Shown here: in pieces, positions 7,340-17,683 of the stretch
Layout: each line of letters starts with the position of its first letter
Numbering within the stretch: the first letter of the stretch is position 1
Assembly: GCA_034530615.2 (NCBI GenBank)
Contig: JAVRCV020000079.1
Location: forward strand, 1-64,000
Direction of reading: 5' to 3'
Length of the DNA: 64,000 bases
Source of the DNA: Aulosira sp. ZfuVER01
GTDB taxonomy: Bacteria > Cyanobacteriota > Cyanobacteriia > Cyanobacteriales > Nostocaceae
Notes under the pieces: model-generated
The model's database searches: none
What the model was told of the DNA's origin: nothing
What the model saw: the letters and a program-made list of their open reading frames with translations, nothing else
Made by a program: the position numbers and the translations under genes

Positions 7340-8818
7340 ATGTCAAACTCGCTCTCAGCATCAACGGCAGGACTGGCAATTGTAGACAAAGCACGGTTGC
7401 GTCTTGGTTGGACAAAAACCAGTACAGCGCGTTGGTGGCAAGATGCCCACACTTCTAGAGCTACATTACGGCGATTCTGGCAGGGCGATCGCATTCAGCG
7501 AGAAATCTTCATCGCTATCTGTCAAGCTGTTGGTATTACTAACTGGGAAGCGATCGCAGATTCTCCCGATCTCAACTCAGAAATTATCGCAGACATCCCT
7601 ACACCTTACCTTGACTGGAATGAAGCCCCAGATGTCGAAAGTTTTTATGGGCGAAATCAGGAATTAACGCAGTTAGAACAATGGATTGAGAGTGGCTGTA
7701 AGTTAGTCATGATTGTTGGTATTGCTGGGATCGGCAAAACTGCTCTAGCACTTGCTTTAATAGATAGAATTCAATCAAAATTCGATAGCTTGATTTGGAA
7801 ATCTCTTCATTCTGCACCATCTTTAAATTCTTTACTGGATAGCTTGCTGCATAACTTTGATGAAGGCGCTGTTCGCGATCTCCCCCAACTCATACACCAC
7901 CTGCAACAACGTCGCTGTCTATTAATACTTGATGGGTTAGAAGCAGATTTGAATAACTATAGTCAATTTATCCAAAAAATTAGCCGCGGCCATCAAAGTT
8001 GCATTCTCATCACCAGCCGCGAACAACCAAAGGCGATTGAAATCGACACAAAAACAGTTCGCTGTTTAAACCTCAAGGGTTTGCCAAAAACAGAGGCTTT
8101 AGAATTATTGCAATCGAGAGGATTTACAGGTAAAGAACTAGGACTATCAGCCTTAATTCAACTTTATCGCGGCAATCCCTTAGCGCTGAAACTGGTAACG
8201 CCATTGATTCAGTTGGTGTTTGCTGGGAATGTGGCTGGATTTCTCACTCAAAATACTTTGGTGATTGGCGATCGCTTACGAGTTATTCTGAAACAACAAT
8301 TCGAGCAACTTGGCGATTTAGAACAAGATATTCTTTATTGGTTGGCAATTTGGCAAGAACCAGTCTCTTTCTCTCGCTTGCAAACTCATCTATTAATAGC
8401 CATCGATCCGGCTACGGTATTAGAGGCAATTGTCGCGTTAGAAAGGCGATCGCTTTTGGAAAAATGGATCGGTATAGGGGAAATCTCATTTAGCTTGCAA
8501 CCTTTGGTGATGAAAGTCGTTACCGATGAATTGGTAGAACAAACTGCGCAAGAGATTCAACAGGTAGTGCAGAGTAATGATATCCGTCATTTTAAAATAT
8601 TGCGCACCCATTGGTTACTGCGACCTGGTACTGATGATATTGCAGGCGATCGCATTTTGTCTCAACTGCGCGATCGTTTGTGGCGGTTGTATGGTGCAAC
8701 TCTACCACAAACCTTGGAGCAGATGTTGTTACTTTTAAAGGATAAATCTCCGTTGGCAACTGGTTATATCGCTTGTAATGTAGCGGTACTCCTTAAGCAG
8801 TTGAGGATACCTGGATGA
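7340..8818 (+). CDS. HTH + NB-ARC/STAND NTPase without C-terminal repeat domain
   Basis: HTH-like N-terminus (TSRATLRRFWQG), FYGR, Walker A GIAGIGKT, Walker B LLILDG, LITSR and GNPLAL. Confidence 0.85.
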   Translation: MSNSLSASTAGLAIVDKARLRLGWTKTSTARWWQDAHTSRATLRRFWQGDRIQREIFIAICQAVGITNWEAIADSPDLNSEIIADIPTPYLDWNEAPDVESFYGRNQELTQLEQWIESGCKLVMIVGIAGIGKTALALALIDRIQSKFDSLIWKSLHSAPSLNSLLDSLLHNFDEGAVRDLPQLIHHLQQRRCLLILDGLEADLNNYSQFIQKISRGHQSCILITSREQPKAIEIDTKTVRCLNLKGLPKTEALELLQSRGFTGKELGLSALIQLYRGNPLALKLVTPLIQLVFAGNVAGFLTQNTLVIGDRLRVILKQQFEQLGDLEQDILYWLAIWQEPVSFSRLQTHLLIAIDPATVLEAIVALERRSLLEKWIGIGEISFSLQPLVMKVVTDELVEQTAQEIQQVVQSNDIRHFKILRTHWLLRPGTDDIAGDRILSQLRDRLWRLYGATLPQTLEQMLLLLKDKSPLATGYIACNVAVLLKQLRIPG

Positions 8819-8832
8819 GTGTTTTGATATTC

Positions 8833-8886
8833 AACCACAGATAAACACCGATAATTATCTGTGTTCATCTGTGTTTATCGGTAGTT
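8833..8886. repeat. CACAGAT(A)-type dispersed repeat/hairpin (related copies at ~49450, 60066-60112, 63840-63883)
   Basis: aaccacagataaacaccgataattatctgtgttcatctgtgtttatcggtagtt. Confidence 0.65.
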
Positions 8887-9187
8887 CCTTAAAAGGATTT
8901 TTACAAGAGGGAGTAAATGTCTTCCTCCTTGGGAAATATATCAAAAGAAATAGGTAATAAAACTGTCTAAATATTTACTGTGCAAAATCTTCTTGAAACA
9001 GCTATCTTAAGGACGATGCAAAAGCTATCATTGGCTAAGTGATGTTCCAACAAGTGTTGGCAGCAACTTGTTTAATGGGTAGAGGCATGGAGTTAACTTA
9101 CAACCTTGTCCAAAAATCGCGCCAATTATGAACTTAAATTACTCCCCACAAAAAAGGGGAGCAAAAAATATATAAATTTTAAAGGCT

Positions 9188-12100
9188 ATGACTATGGCAA
9201 CTGAACAGTTAATTAAAGAAAACGACAATTTAGATTTAAAACAGCTATTAAGAATTCTAAATGCTGTCAAAAAAGGCGATTTTTCTGCTCGGATGCCCAT
9301 AGATCAAACAGGCATAGCCGGGAAAATCTCCGATACCCTTAACGACATTATTGAGCAGAATGAGCGCATGGCAGCAGAGCTACAGCGCATCGGTAATGTT
9401 GTTGGTAAAGATGGTAAGGTTTCAGAACGCGCTTCTTTAGGAAATGTTCGCGGTTCTTGGTTAAGTTGTGTTAATTCTGTTAACACATTAATTACGGATT
9501 TAGTCCAGCCAACAGCAGAAACTACTCGCGTAATTAGGGCTGTAGCTAATGGTGATTTATCCCAGACGATCGCACCAGAAATTGAAGGCAGACCCCTCAA
9601 AGGAGAGTTTCTCCAAACTGCCAACATTGTCAACACAATGGTAGATCGGCTTGGCTCCTTTGCATCGGAAGTAACCAGGGTTGCCCGGGAAGTGGGAACC
9701 GAAGGTAAGCTGGGTGTACAAGCGCAAGTTAGCGGTGTAGCGGGTACGTGGAAAGATTTGACCGATAACGTTAACTTGATGGCGGGTAATCTTACCGGAC
9801 AAGTGCGGAACATTGCCGAAGTTGCAACTGCGATCGCAAATGGCGACCTCTCGAAGAAAATTACAGTTAATGTCAAAGGCGAAATTCTCGAGTTGAAAAA
9901 CACCGTCAACACCATGGTGGATCAACTTAACTCCTTTGCCTCAGAAGTAACCAGGGTTGCCCGGGAAGTGGGAACCGAAGGTAAGTTAGGCGTACAAGCA
10001 GAAGTGCGCGGTGTGGCTGGTACGTGGAAAGACTTGACCGATAACGTGAACTTGATGGCAGGAAATTTGACTGCGCAAGTACGTAATATTGCGGAAGTAA
10101 CAACAGCGGTAGCGAATGGCGACCTCTCGAAGAAAATTACTGTAGATGTCAAGGGCGAGATTTTAGAACTGAAAAACACCGTCAATATCATGGTGGATCA
10201 ACTCAACTCCTTTGCATCAGAAGTAACCAGGGTTGCCCGAGAGGTGGGTGCAGAAGGAAAACTCGGCGGTCAAGCGGAAGTGAAGGGCGTGGCGGGTACG
10301 TGGAAAGACCTCACCGACAGCGTAAACTTCATGGCAGGCAGTTTGACAGCCCAGGTGCGGAACATCGCGGAAGTGACAACGGCGGTGGCGAATGGCGACC
10401 TTTCCAAGAAAATCACTGTGGATGTGAAAGGTGAAATTTTAGAGTTGAAAAACACGATCAACACGATGGTGGATCAACTCAACTCCTTTGCCTCAGAAGT
10501 AACACGGGTGGCGAGAGAGGTGGGAACGGAAGGAAAACTGGGCGTACAAGCAGAAGTGCGAGGGGTAGCGGGTACGTGGAAAGACCTCACCGACAATGTA
10601 AACCTGATGGCGGGGAATCTTACCGGACAGGTGCGGAACATTGCGGAAGTGACAACGGCGGTGGCGAACGGCGACCTCTCGAAGAAAATCACTGTGGATG
10701 TCAAGGGCGAAATTTTGGAGTTGAAAAACACCGTTAATATCATGGTGGATCAACTTAACTCTTTTGCATCAGAAGTAACCAGGGTTGCCCGAGAGGTGGG
10801 TGCAGAAGGAAAACTCGGCGGTCAAGCGGAAGTGAAGGGCGTGGCGGGTACGTGGAAAGACCTCACCGACAGCGTAAACTTCATGGCAGGCAGTTTGACA
10901 GCCCAGGTGCGGAACATCGCAGAAGTAACAACAGCGGTGGCAACCGGCGACCTTTCCAAGAAAATCACTGTGGATGTGAAAGGCGAAATTCTGGAGTTAA
11001 AAAACACGATCAACACAATGGTGGATCAACTCAACTCCTTCGCCTCAGAAGTAACCAGAGTTGCCCGAGAGGTGGGAAGTGAAGGAAAATTAGGCGTACA
11101 AGCCGAAGTGCGTGGGGTGGCAGGTACGTGGAAAGACCTCACCGACAGCGTGAACTTCATGGCAGGCAGTTTGACAGCCCAAGTACGGAACATCGCGGAA
11201 GTGACAACGGCGGTGGCGAACGGCGACCTTTCTAAGAAAATCACCGTGGATGTGCGGGGCGAAATTTTGGAGTTGAAAAATACCATCAATACAATGGTGG
11301 ATCAACTGAGTTCCTTTGCATCGGAAGTAACTAGGGTTGCCCGAGAGGTGGGAACGGAAGGGAAATTAGGCGTACAAGCCGAGGTGCGAGGTGTAGCGGG
11401 TACGTGGAAGGATTTGACTGGTGCGGTGAATATGATGGCGGGTAATCTGACCGACCAGGTACGGAACATCGCCGAAGTTGCAACTGCGATCGCCAACGGC
11501 GACCTCTCAAAGAAAATCACCGTGCAAGTTAAAGGTGAAATTCTCGAGTTGAAAAACACGATCAACATCATGGTGGATCAGCTCAACTCCTTCGCCTCAG
11601 AAGTAACCAGGGTGGCGCGAGAAGTAGGAAGTGAAGGAAAACTGGGCGTACAAGCAGATGTGCGCGGTGTGGCGGGTACGTGGAAAGACCTCACCGACAG
11701 CGTGAACTTCATGGCGGGTAGTTTGACGGCCCAGGTACGGAACATCGCCGCTGTGACAACGGCGGTGGCAAATGGCGACCTTTCTAAGAAAATTTCTGTG
11801 GATGTCAAAGGTGAAATTTTGGAGTTAAAAAACACCGTCAATACGATGGTGGATCAACTCAACTCCTTCGCCTCAGAAGTAACGCGGGTGGCACGAGAGG
11901 TGGGAACTGAAGGAAAATTAGGCGTACAAGCCGAGGTGAAGGGAGTCGCGGGTACGTGGAAAGACCTCACCGACAGCGTGAACTTCATGGCGGGAAGCTT
12001 GACGGCACAGGTGCGGAACATCGCGGAAGTGACAACGGCGGTGGCGAACGGCGACCTTTCCAAGAAAATCACTGTGGATGTGAAAGGCGAAATTCTGGAG

Positions 12101-15100
12101 TTGAAAAACACGATCAACACAATGGTGGATCAACTTAACTCCTTTGCCTCAGAAGTAACCAGGGTTGCCCGGGAGGTGGGAACCGAAGGTAAACTGGGCG
12201 TGCAAGCCTACGTCCGCGGGGTCGCGGGTACGTGGAAAGATTTGACCGACAATGTAAACTCAATGGCGGGGAACCTGACAGCCCAGGTGCGGAACATTGC
12301 GGAAGTGACGAAGGCGGTGGCGAACGGCGACCTCTCGAAAAAAATCACCGTGGATGTGCGGGGTGAAATTTTGGAGTTGAAAGACACCATCAATACAATG
12401 GTGGATCAGCTAAGTTCCTTTGCCTCAGAAGTAACGCGGGTGGCGCGGGAGGTGGGAACGGAAGGAAAATTAGGCGGTCAAGCGCAAGTGCAAGGCGTAG
12501 CGGGAACGTGGAAAGATTTGACCGACAATGTGAACTCGATGGCGGGTAACTTAACAGCCCAGGTGCGAGGTATCGCCAGAGTTGTAACGGCGGTGGCGAA
12601 TGGGGACTTGAAACGCAAATTAATGCTGGATGCTAAGGGAGAAATTGAAACTTTAGCAGAGACCATCAACGAAATGATTGACACCCTTGCCACCTTTGCC
12701 AATCAGGTAACTACAGTGGCGCGGGAAGTGGGAATTGAAGGAAAGCTAGGCGGTCAAGCTAAGGTACCTGGTGCGGCGGGAACCTGGAAAGATTTGACAG
12801 ACAACGTGAACGAACTGGCTGCAACTCTCACCACCCAGCTAAGAGCGATCGCAGAAGTGGCAACAGCGGTAACAAAAGGCGATCTAACTCGTTCGATTGC
12901 GGTGGAAGCTTTAGGGGAAGTAGCGATCCTTAAAGACAACATCAACCAGATGATCGCTAACCTGCGAGAGACAACGCAGAAAAATACCGAACAAGACTGG
13001 TTAAAAACTAACCTCGCCAAGTTTACCCGAATGCTGCAAGGTCAGCGCGATTTGGAAACTGTATCCAAATTAATTCTCTCCGAACTTGCACCCCTGGTAG
13101 GAGCGCAACATGGCGTATTCTACATGATGGAAAGCCCAGAGAATCAAGCCTATCTCAAACTACTGAGTAGCTATGCTTACCGCGAACGTAAACATTTAGC
13201 TAACCGCTTCCACATGGGTGAAGGTTTGGTAGGACAATGCGCTTTAGAAAAAGAGCGAATTCTGCTCACAGATGTACCGGGTGATTATGTCAAAATTAGC
13301 TCTGGTTTAGGAGAATCCGCGCCACTCAATGCGGTTGTTTTACCTGTATTGTTTGAAGGGCAAGTAACGGCGGTGATTGAATTAGCTTCCTTCCGCCGCT
13401 TTAGCGAGATTCATTTAACCTTCTTCGACCAACTCACTGAAAGTATTGCGATCGTCTTAAATACGATCGCGGCTTCGATGCGGACTGAAGAATTGCTCAA
13501 GCAGTCGCAATCTTTGGCAGAAGAACTGCAAACCCAGCAAAACGAACTGAGAGAAACCAACAAGCGTCTAGAACAGCAAGCCCAATCACTCAAAGCTTCC
13601 GAAGATTTACTCAGAGGACAGCAAGAAGAACTGCAACAAACCAACGCGGAATTAGAAGAAAAAGCCGAGTTGCTGGCACTGCAAAAGAAAGAAGTCGAGC
13701 GTAAAAATCTAGAAATTGAACAAGCAAGAAAGTCTTTGGAAGAGAAAGCAGAACAACTAGCCCTCTCATCTAAATATAAGTCTGAGTTTCTGGCGAATAT
13801 GTCCCACGAACTGCGGACACCGCTAAATAGCTTGTTAATTTTGGCTCGGCTATTAGCAGATAACATTGAAGGCAATCTCACCAGTAAGCAAATTGAATAT
13901 AGCCAGACAATTTACTCAGCAGGTACTGACTTGTTGACGTTGATTAATGACATTTTGGATCTGGCGAAAATCGAATCTGGAACTATGTCAATTGATCTGC
14001 ACCAGATGTTATTTTCCGAGTTGGGCGATCAACTCGAGCGCACCTTTGGGCAAATCGCCCAGAATAAAGGACTCAACTTTACAATTGACTTGGCTCCCGA
14101 ATTACCCAAAACCCTATACACCGATAGCAAACGCTTACAACAAGTACTGAAGAATTTACTTTCCAATGCCTTTAAATTTACAGAACGTGGAGAGGTAAGC
14201 TTGCGGGTTGAGGTGGCTAAAGAAGGTTGGAGCGTCTCTCAAGAAAGCTTGAATCGCGCCCAAACTGTGATTGCTTTCTCGGTTAGCGATACAGGTATTG
14301 GGATTGCGCCAGAAAAACAAAAAGTAATTTTTGAAGCTTTCCAACAAGCTGATGGTAGTACGAGTAGAAAATACGGCGGTACAGGATTAGGCTTATCAAT
14401 TAGCCGCGAAATTGCCCGCTTGTTTGGTGGCGAAATCAAACTTGTTAGTCACCCCAGTCAAGGAAGTACTTTTACTTTCTACTTACCGCAAACGAGTCCA
14501 GAGTTACGTGGGTTAAGTCCTGAGACTTTAACACCAAGACCAATTTCCCTCTCCAACTCTAATTCTCTCAAGCCTCAGTTGCCATTAACTAGTCTCAACT
14601 CCTCACCCCTGAATGACGATCGCGCTATTCTCGCAGACGACGATCGCGTGCTGCTAATTGTGGAAGATGACATCAACTTCGCCCGTATCCTCCTAGATAT
14701 GGCGCGACAGCAGGGTTTTAAGGTAATCACCGCCCAAAACGGCAGTATCGGCCTCACCCTAGCACAGCAATTCCAGCCTTCCGCAATTTTATTAGATATC
14801 CGCTTGCCAGAGATGGATGGCTGGACGGTGCTAGATCGGCTGAAACATAACCCCCATACCCGTCACATCCCTGTACATATTATGACGGTTGAGGAAGGGC
14901 GACAACGCGGACTGCAACTCGGAGCGATCGCCTATCTGCAAAAGCCCTTAACTAGCGAGACAATTTCCGATGCCTTAACTAAAATTAAAGGCTTTATCGA
15001 ACGGCGAGTGAAAAGCCTGCTGGTAGTGGAAGATGATGATACCCAACGCAACAGCATTATCGAATTAATTGGTAACAGTGACGTAACCACCACGGCGGTA

Positions 15101-15814
15101 GGTACAGGTGCAGAAGCCTTGGAAGCAATTCGCAATCAGTATTTTGATTGCCTTGTCCTCGATTTAGGACTACCAGATATGAGTGGTTTTGAATTGATCG
15201 AGCAGATTAAGCAGCTACCCAATGGTGAATCTTTACCTGTAATTGTTTATACTGGGCAAGAACTTAACAGAACACAAGAAACCGAACTGCGGCGGTTAGC
15301 GGATACGATTATCGTCAAAGATGTGCGATCGCCCGAACGTCTTTTAGATGAAACCGCATTATTTTTACACCGAGTCCAAGCAAATTTACCTGCACCCAAA
15401 CGAGAAATCCTCGAACAGCTACACGCTAGAGACTACTTACTCACAGGTAAGAAAGTGCTAATTGTAGACGACGATGTGCGTAATATCTTTGCCTTAACAA
15501 GTATGCTAGAGCGTTATCAAATGCAGGTGGTATACGCAGAGAATGGGAGAGAAGGTATTGCCGTTTTAGAAAAGACACCCGATATTGATATTGTTTTGAT
15601 GGACGTAATGATGCCCGAAATGGACGGTTACGAAACAACACGTTTAATCCGCCAGAACAATAAATTACGAGCCTTGCCGATCGTGGCACTCACAGCTAAA
15701 GCCATGCAAGGCGATCGCGAAAAATGCATTGAAGCCGGCGCATCCGACTACATCACCAAACCTGTAGATACAGAACAATTGCTTTCTTTATTGCGCGTTT
15801 GGCTATATAGATAG
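9188..15814 (+). CDS. Poly-HAMP hybrid histidine kinase (HAMP array-GAF-coiled coil-HisKA-HATPase-3 REC)
   Basis: About 12-13 tandem 92-aa units ([18 protein letters not shown]), H-box [24 protein letters not shown], three receiver domains. Confidence 0.95.
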   Translation: MTMATEQLIKENDNLDLKQLLRILNAVKKGDFSARMPIDQTGIAGKISDTLNDIIEQNERMAAELQRIGNVVGKDGKVSERASLGNVRGSWLSCVNSVNTLITDLVQPTAETTRVIRAVANGDLSQTIAPEIEGRPLKGEFLQTANIVNTMVDRLGSFASEVTRVAREVGTEGKLGVQAQVSGVAGTWKDLTDNVNLMAGNLTGQVRNIAEVATAIANGDLSKKITVNVKGEILELKNTVNTMVDQLNSFASEVTRVAREVGTEGKLGVQAEVRGVAGTWKDLTDNVNLMAGNLTAQVRNIAEVTTAVANGDLSKKITVDVKGEILELKNTVNIMVDQLNSFASEVTRVAREVGAEGKLGGQAEVKGVAGTWKDLTDSVNFMAGSLTAQVRNIAEVTTAVANGDLSKKITVDVKGEILELKNTINTMVDQLNSFASEVTRVAREVGTEGKLGVQAEVRGVAGTWKDLTDNVNLMAGNLTGQVRNIAEVTTAVANGDLSKKITVDVKGEILELKNTVNIMVDQLNSFASEVTRVAREVGAEGKLGGQAEVKGVAGTWKDLTDSVNFMAGSLTAQVRNIAEVTTAVATGDLSKKITVDVKGEILELKNTINTMVDQLNSFASEVTRVAREVGSEGKLGVQAEVRGVAGTWKDLTDSVNFMAGSLTAQVRNIAEVTTAVANGDLSKKITVDVRGEILELKNTINTMVDQLSSFASEVTRVAREVGTEGKLGVQAEVRGVAGTWKDLTGAVNMMAGNLTDQVRNIAEVATAIANGDLSKKITVQVKGEILELKNTINIMVDQLNSFASEVTRVAREVGSEGKLGVQADVRGVAGTWKDLTDSVNFMAGSLTAQVRNIAAVTTAVANGDLSKKISVDVKGEILELKNTVNTMVDQLNSFASEVTRVAREVGTEGKLGVQAEVKGVAGTWKDLTDSVNFMAGSLTAQVRNIAEVTTAVANGDLSKKITVDVKGEILELKNTINTMVDQLNSFASEVTRVAREVGTEGKLGVQAYVRGVAGTWKDLTDNVNSMAGNLTAQVRNIAEVTKAVANGDLSKKITVDVRGEILELKDTINTMVDQLSSFASEVTRVAREVGTEGKLGGQAQVQGVAGTWKDLTDNVNSMAGNLTAQVRGIARVVTAVANGDLKRKLMLDAKGEIETLAETINEMIDTLATFANQVTTVAREVGIEGKLGGQAKVPGAAGTWKDLTDNVNELAATLTTQLRAIAEVATAVTKGDLTRSIAVEALGEVAILKDNINQMIANLRETTQKNTEQDWLKTNLAKFTRMLQGQRDLETVSKLILSELAPLVGAQHGVFYMMESPENQAYLKLLSSYAYRERKHLANRFHMGEGLVGQCALEKERILLTDVPGDYVKISSGLGESAPLNAVVLPVLFEGQVTAVIELASFRRFSEIHLTFFDQLTESIAIVLNTIAASMRTEELLKQSQSLAEELQTQQNELRETNKRLEQQAQSLKASEDLLRGQQEELQQTNAELEEKAELLALQKKEVERKNLEIEQARKSLEEKAEQLALSSKYKSEFLANMSHELRTPLNSLLILARLLADNIEGNLTSKQIEYSQTIYSAGTDLLTLINDILDLAKIESGTMSIDLHQMLFSELGDQLERTFGQIAQNKGLNFTIDLAPELPKTLYTDSKRLQQVLKNLLSNAFKFTERGEVSLRVEVAKEGWSVSQESLNRAQTVIAFSVSDTGIGIAPEKQKVIFEAFQQADGSTSRKYGGTGLGLSISREIARLFGGEIKLVSHPSQGSTFTFYLPQTSPELRGLSPETLTPRPISLSNSNSLKPQLPLTSLNSSPLNDDRAILADDDRVLLIVEDDINFARILLDMARQQGFKVITAQNGSIGLTLAQQFQPSAILLDIRLPEMDGWTVLDRLKHNPHTRHIPVHIMTVEEGRQRGLQLGAIAYLQKPLTSETISDALTKIKGFIERRVKSLLVVEDDDTQRNSIIELIGNSDVTTTAVGTGAEALEAIRNQYFDCLVLDLGLPDMSGFELIEQIKQLPNGESLPVIVYTGQELNRTQETELRRLADTIIVKDVRSPERLLDETALFLHRVQANLPAPKREILEQLHARDYLLTGKKVLIVDDDVRNIFALTSMLERYQMQVVYAENGREGIAVLEKTPDIDIVLMDVMMPEMDGYETTRLIRQNNKLRALPIVALTAKAMQGDREKCIEAGASDYITKPVDTEQLLSLLRVWLYR
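9600..12960 (+). repeat. 276-bp intragenic tandem repeat encoding di-HAMP units
   Basis: gaagtaaccagggttgcc-like motif recurs every 276 bp. Confidence 0.95.
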
Positions 15815-15915
15815 TCGTATCAGGAAGCAGGGGAGCAGGGGGAGCAGAGGAAAAAAGTAATAACCAATGCCTATTGCTCAATGCCCCATGCCCCATGCCC
15901 AATGCCCCATTCCCA

Positions 15916-16737
15916 ATGAACCTAGATCTAGAAGACATCGAAATTCAACTTTTGCTAGAAGGCATATACCGTTACTATGGTTTAGATTTTCGCAATTATG
16001 CCCTAGCTTCTCTTAAACGTCGCATTTGGAATACTGTTCAATCAGAAAATTTAACTACTATATCTGGCTTACAGGAAAAAGTCTTGCACGATCGCGAATG
16101 CATGGAACGGTTTTTGCTGAATCTTTCAGTCCACGTAACCGCTATGTTTCGCGATTCTAGCTTTTATCTGGCCTTTAGAAATAAAGTCATACCTTTATTA
16201 AAAACTTATCCTTTTATTCGGATTTGGCACGCAGGTTGTTCAACTGGCGAAGAAGTTTATTCTATGGCAATCTTGCTGCAAGAAGAAGGGCTTTACCATC
16301 GTTCTAGACTCTATGCCACAGATATGAATGAAATGGTGTTACGCAAAGCCAGAGACGGGATTTTTCCCTTAGAACTCATGCAGCAGTATACTCACAATTA
16401 TTTACAATCTGGGGGTAAAACTTATTTTTCAGAATATTACACTGCTGCTTATGATGGCGCTATATTTCGCTCATCCCTGAGAGAAAATATTGTCTTCTCA
16501 CCACATAATTTGGTAACGGATAGTTCTTTTAATGAATTTCATGTAATATTGTGTCGCAACGTTCTGATTTACTTTGATAAATCCCTGCAAGCAAGGGTGC
16601 ATAATTTATTGTATGAAAGCCTGATTAGGTTTGGCATTTTGGGTTTGGGACGCCAAGAGTCACTGCGGTTTACACCTTATGAGAAACAGTATGAGGTATT
16701 AGATGGCCGTGAGAAGCTTTACAGGAGAGTCGGTTAG
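15916..16737 (+). CDS. cheR: CheR-type protein-glutamate methyltransferase
   Basis: VTAMFRD, RIWHAGCSTGEEVYS and CRNVLIYF; ATG at 15916 (the upstream extension is STRR). Confidence 0.92.
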   Translation: MNLDLEDIEIQLLLEGIYRYYGLDFRNYALASLKRRIWNTVQSENLTTISGLQEKVLHDRECMERFLLNLSVHVTAMFRDSSFYLAFRNKVIPLLKTYPFIRIWHAGCSTGEEVYSMAILLQEEGLYHRSRLYATDMNEMVLRKARDGIFPLELMQQYTHNYLQSGGKTYFSEYYTAAYDGAIFRSSLRENIVFSPHNLVTDSSFNEFHVILCRNVLIYFDKSLQARVHNLLYESLIRFGILGLGRQESLRFTPYEKQYEVLDGREKLYRRVG

Positions 16738-17350
16738 CAACCAAAAAATTCTTTCTCGCCCTTACTTTGAACTTGTTGCGATCGGTGCATCATTAGGAGG
16801 GTTAAACGCCCTCACAGTTTTATTAGGCAGTCTACCAAAAAACTTTTCCGTACCTATAGCTGTGGCACAACACCGTCAGCCCCATAGTGATGATAACTTA
16901 AGCACTTTATTACAGAATTACACCAATTTAATTGTCAAAGATGCCGAAGATAAAGAAGAAATCTTACCTGGGACGGTTTACTTAGCTCCAGCTGATTATC
17001 ATTTATTAGTGGAATGTAGAAATTCTGGGGAATCTCCCCACTTTGCCCTTTCGACAGAAGCCGCCGTGACTTATACGCGGCCATCAATTGATGTTTTATT
17101 TGAGTCAGCTGCTGATGCCTATGCCCAAAAAGTCATCGGTGTAGTTTTGACTGGAGCTAACCATGATGGTACAAGAGGACTGGCGAGAATTAAAGCCAGA
17201 GGCGGTAAAGCCATAGTTCAGGAACCGCAAACAGCTGAATGCCAAATCATGCCAGCATCCGCGATCGCATCTGTAATTGTCGATAAAATAATGCCACTGA
17301 CAGATATTGCCAGCTTCTTAACTCAAATTTGTTGTCCGATGCTTTTGTAA
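16703..17350 (+). CDS. cheB: CheB-type methylesterase (no receiver domain)
   Basis: IGASLGG, AQHR, RPSIDVLF and LTGANHDG contain the catalytic triad motifs. Confidence 0.92.
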   Translation: MAVRSFTGESVSNQKILSRPYFELVAIGASLGGLNALTVLLGSLPKNFSVPIAVAQHRQPHSDDNLSTLLQNYTNLIVKDAEDKEEILPGTVYLAPADYHLLVECRNSGESPHFALSTEAAVTYTRPSIDVLFESAADAYAQKVIGVVLTGANHDGTRGLARIKARGGKAIVQEPQTAECQIMPASAIASVIVDKIMPLTDIASFLTQICCPMLL

Positions 17351-17683
17351 AAATGGGCATTGGGCCTTGGGCAATAGTTATTAGTTATTAATTATTTCCT
17401 CTTGTCCCCCTTGTCTCCCTTGTCCCCCTGCCTCTTCCCCCTCCGCCTAGACAATATTGCTAACGCGCAACGCAGGGTATGTTATCTTTATTTCCGCCAC
17501 GATACACTAGTTGAGATTACCTGTGTAAAGAATCATTAACAAAATTCAGCCTCAAGGAAACCTAACCTCTAGAAAAGCTGAAATTTGTAACCAGAGATAG
17601 TTGTAAAACTCCTCTAGAAAGTCGAAAGTCTATAAAAAAGCGTAGAAATTAATTTTAAGTCTACCTAGGAGTCTATACCCATA

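Noticed and set aside
9304..15135. Many antisense ORFs within the poly-HAMP kinase
   Set aside because: Shadow ORFs of the repeated coding sequence
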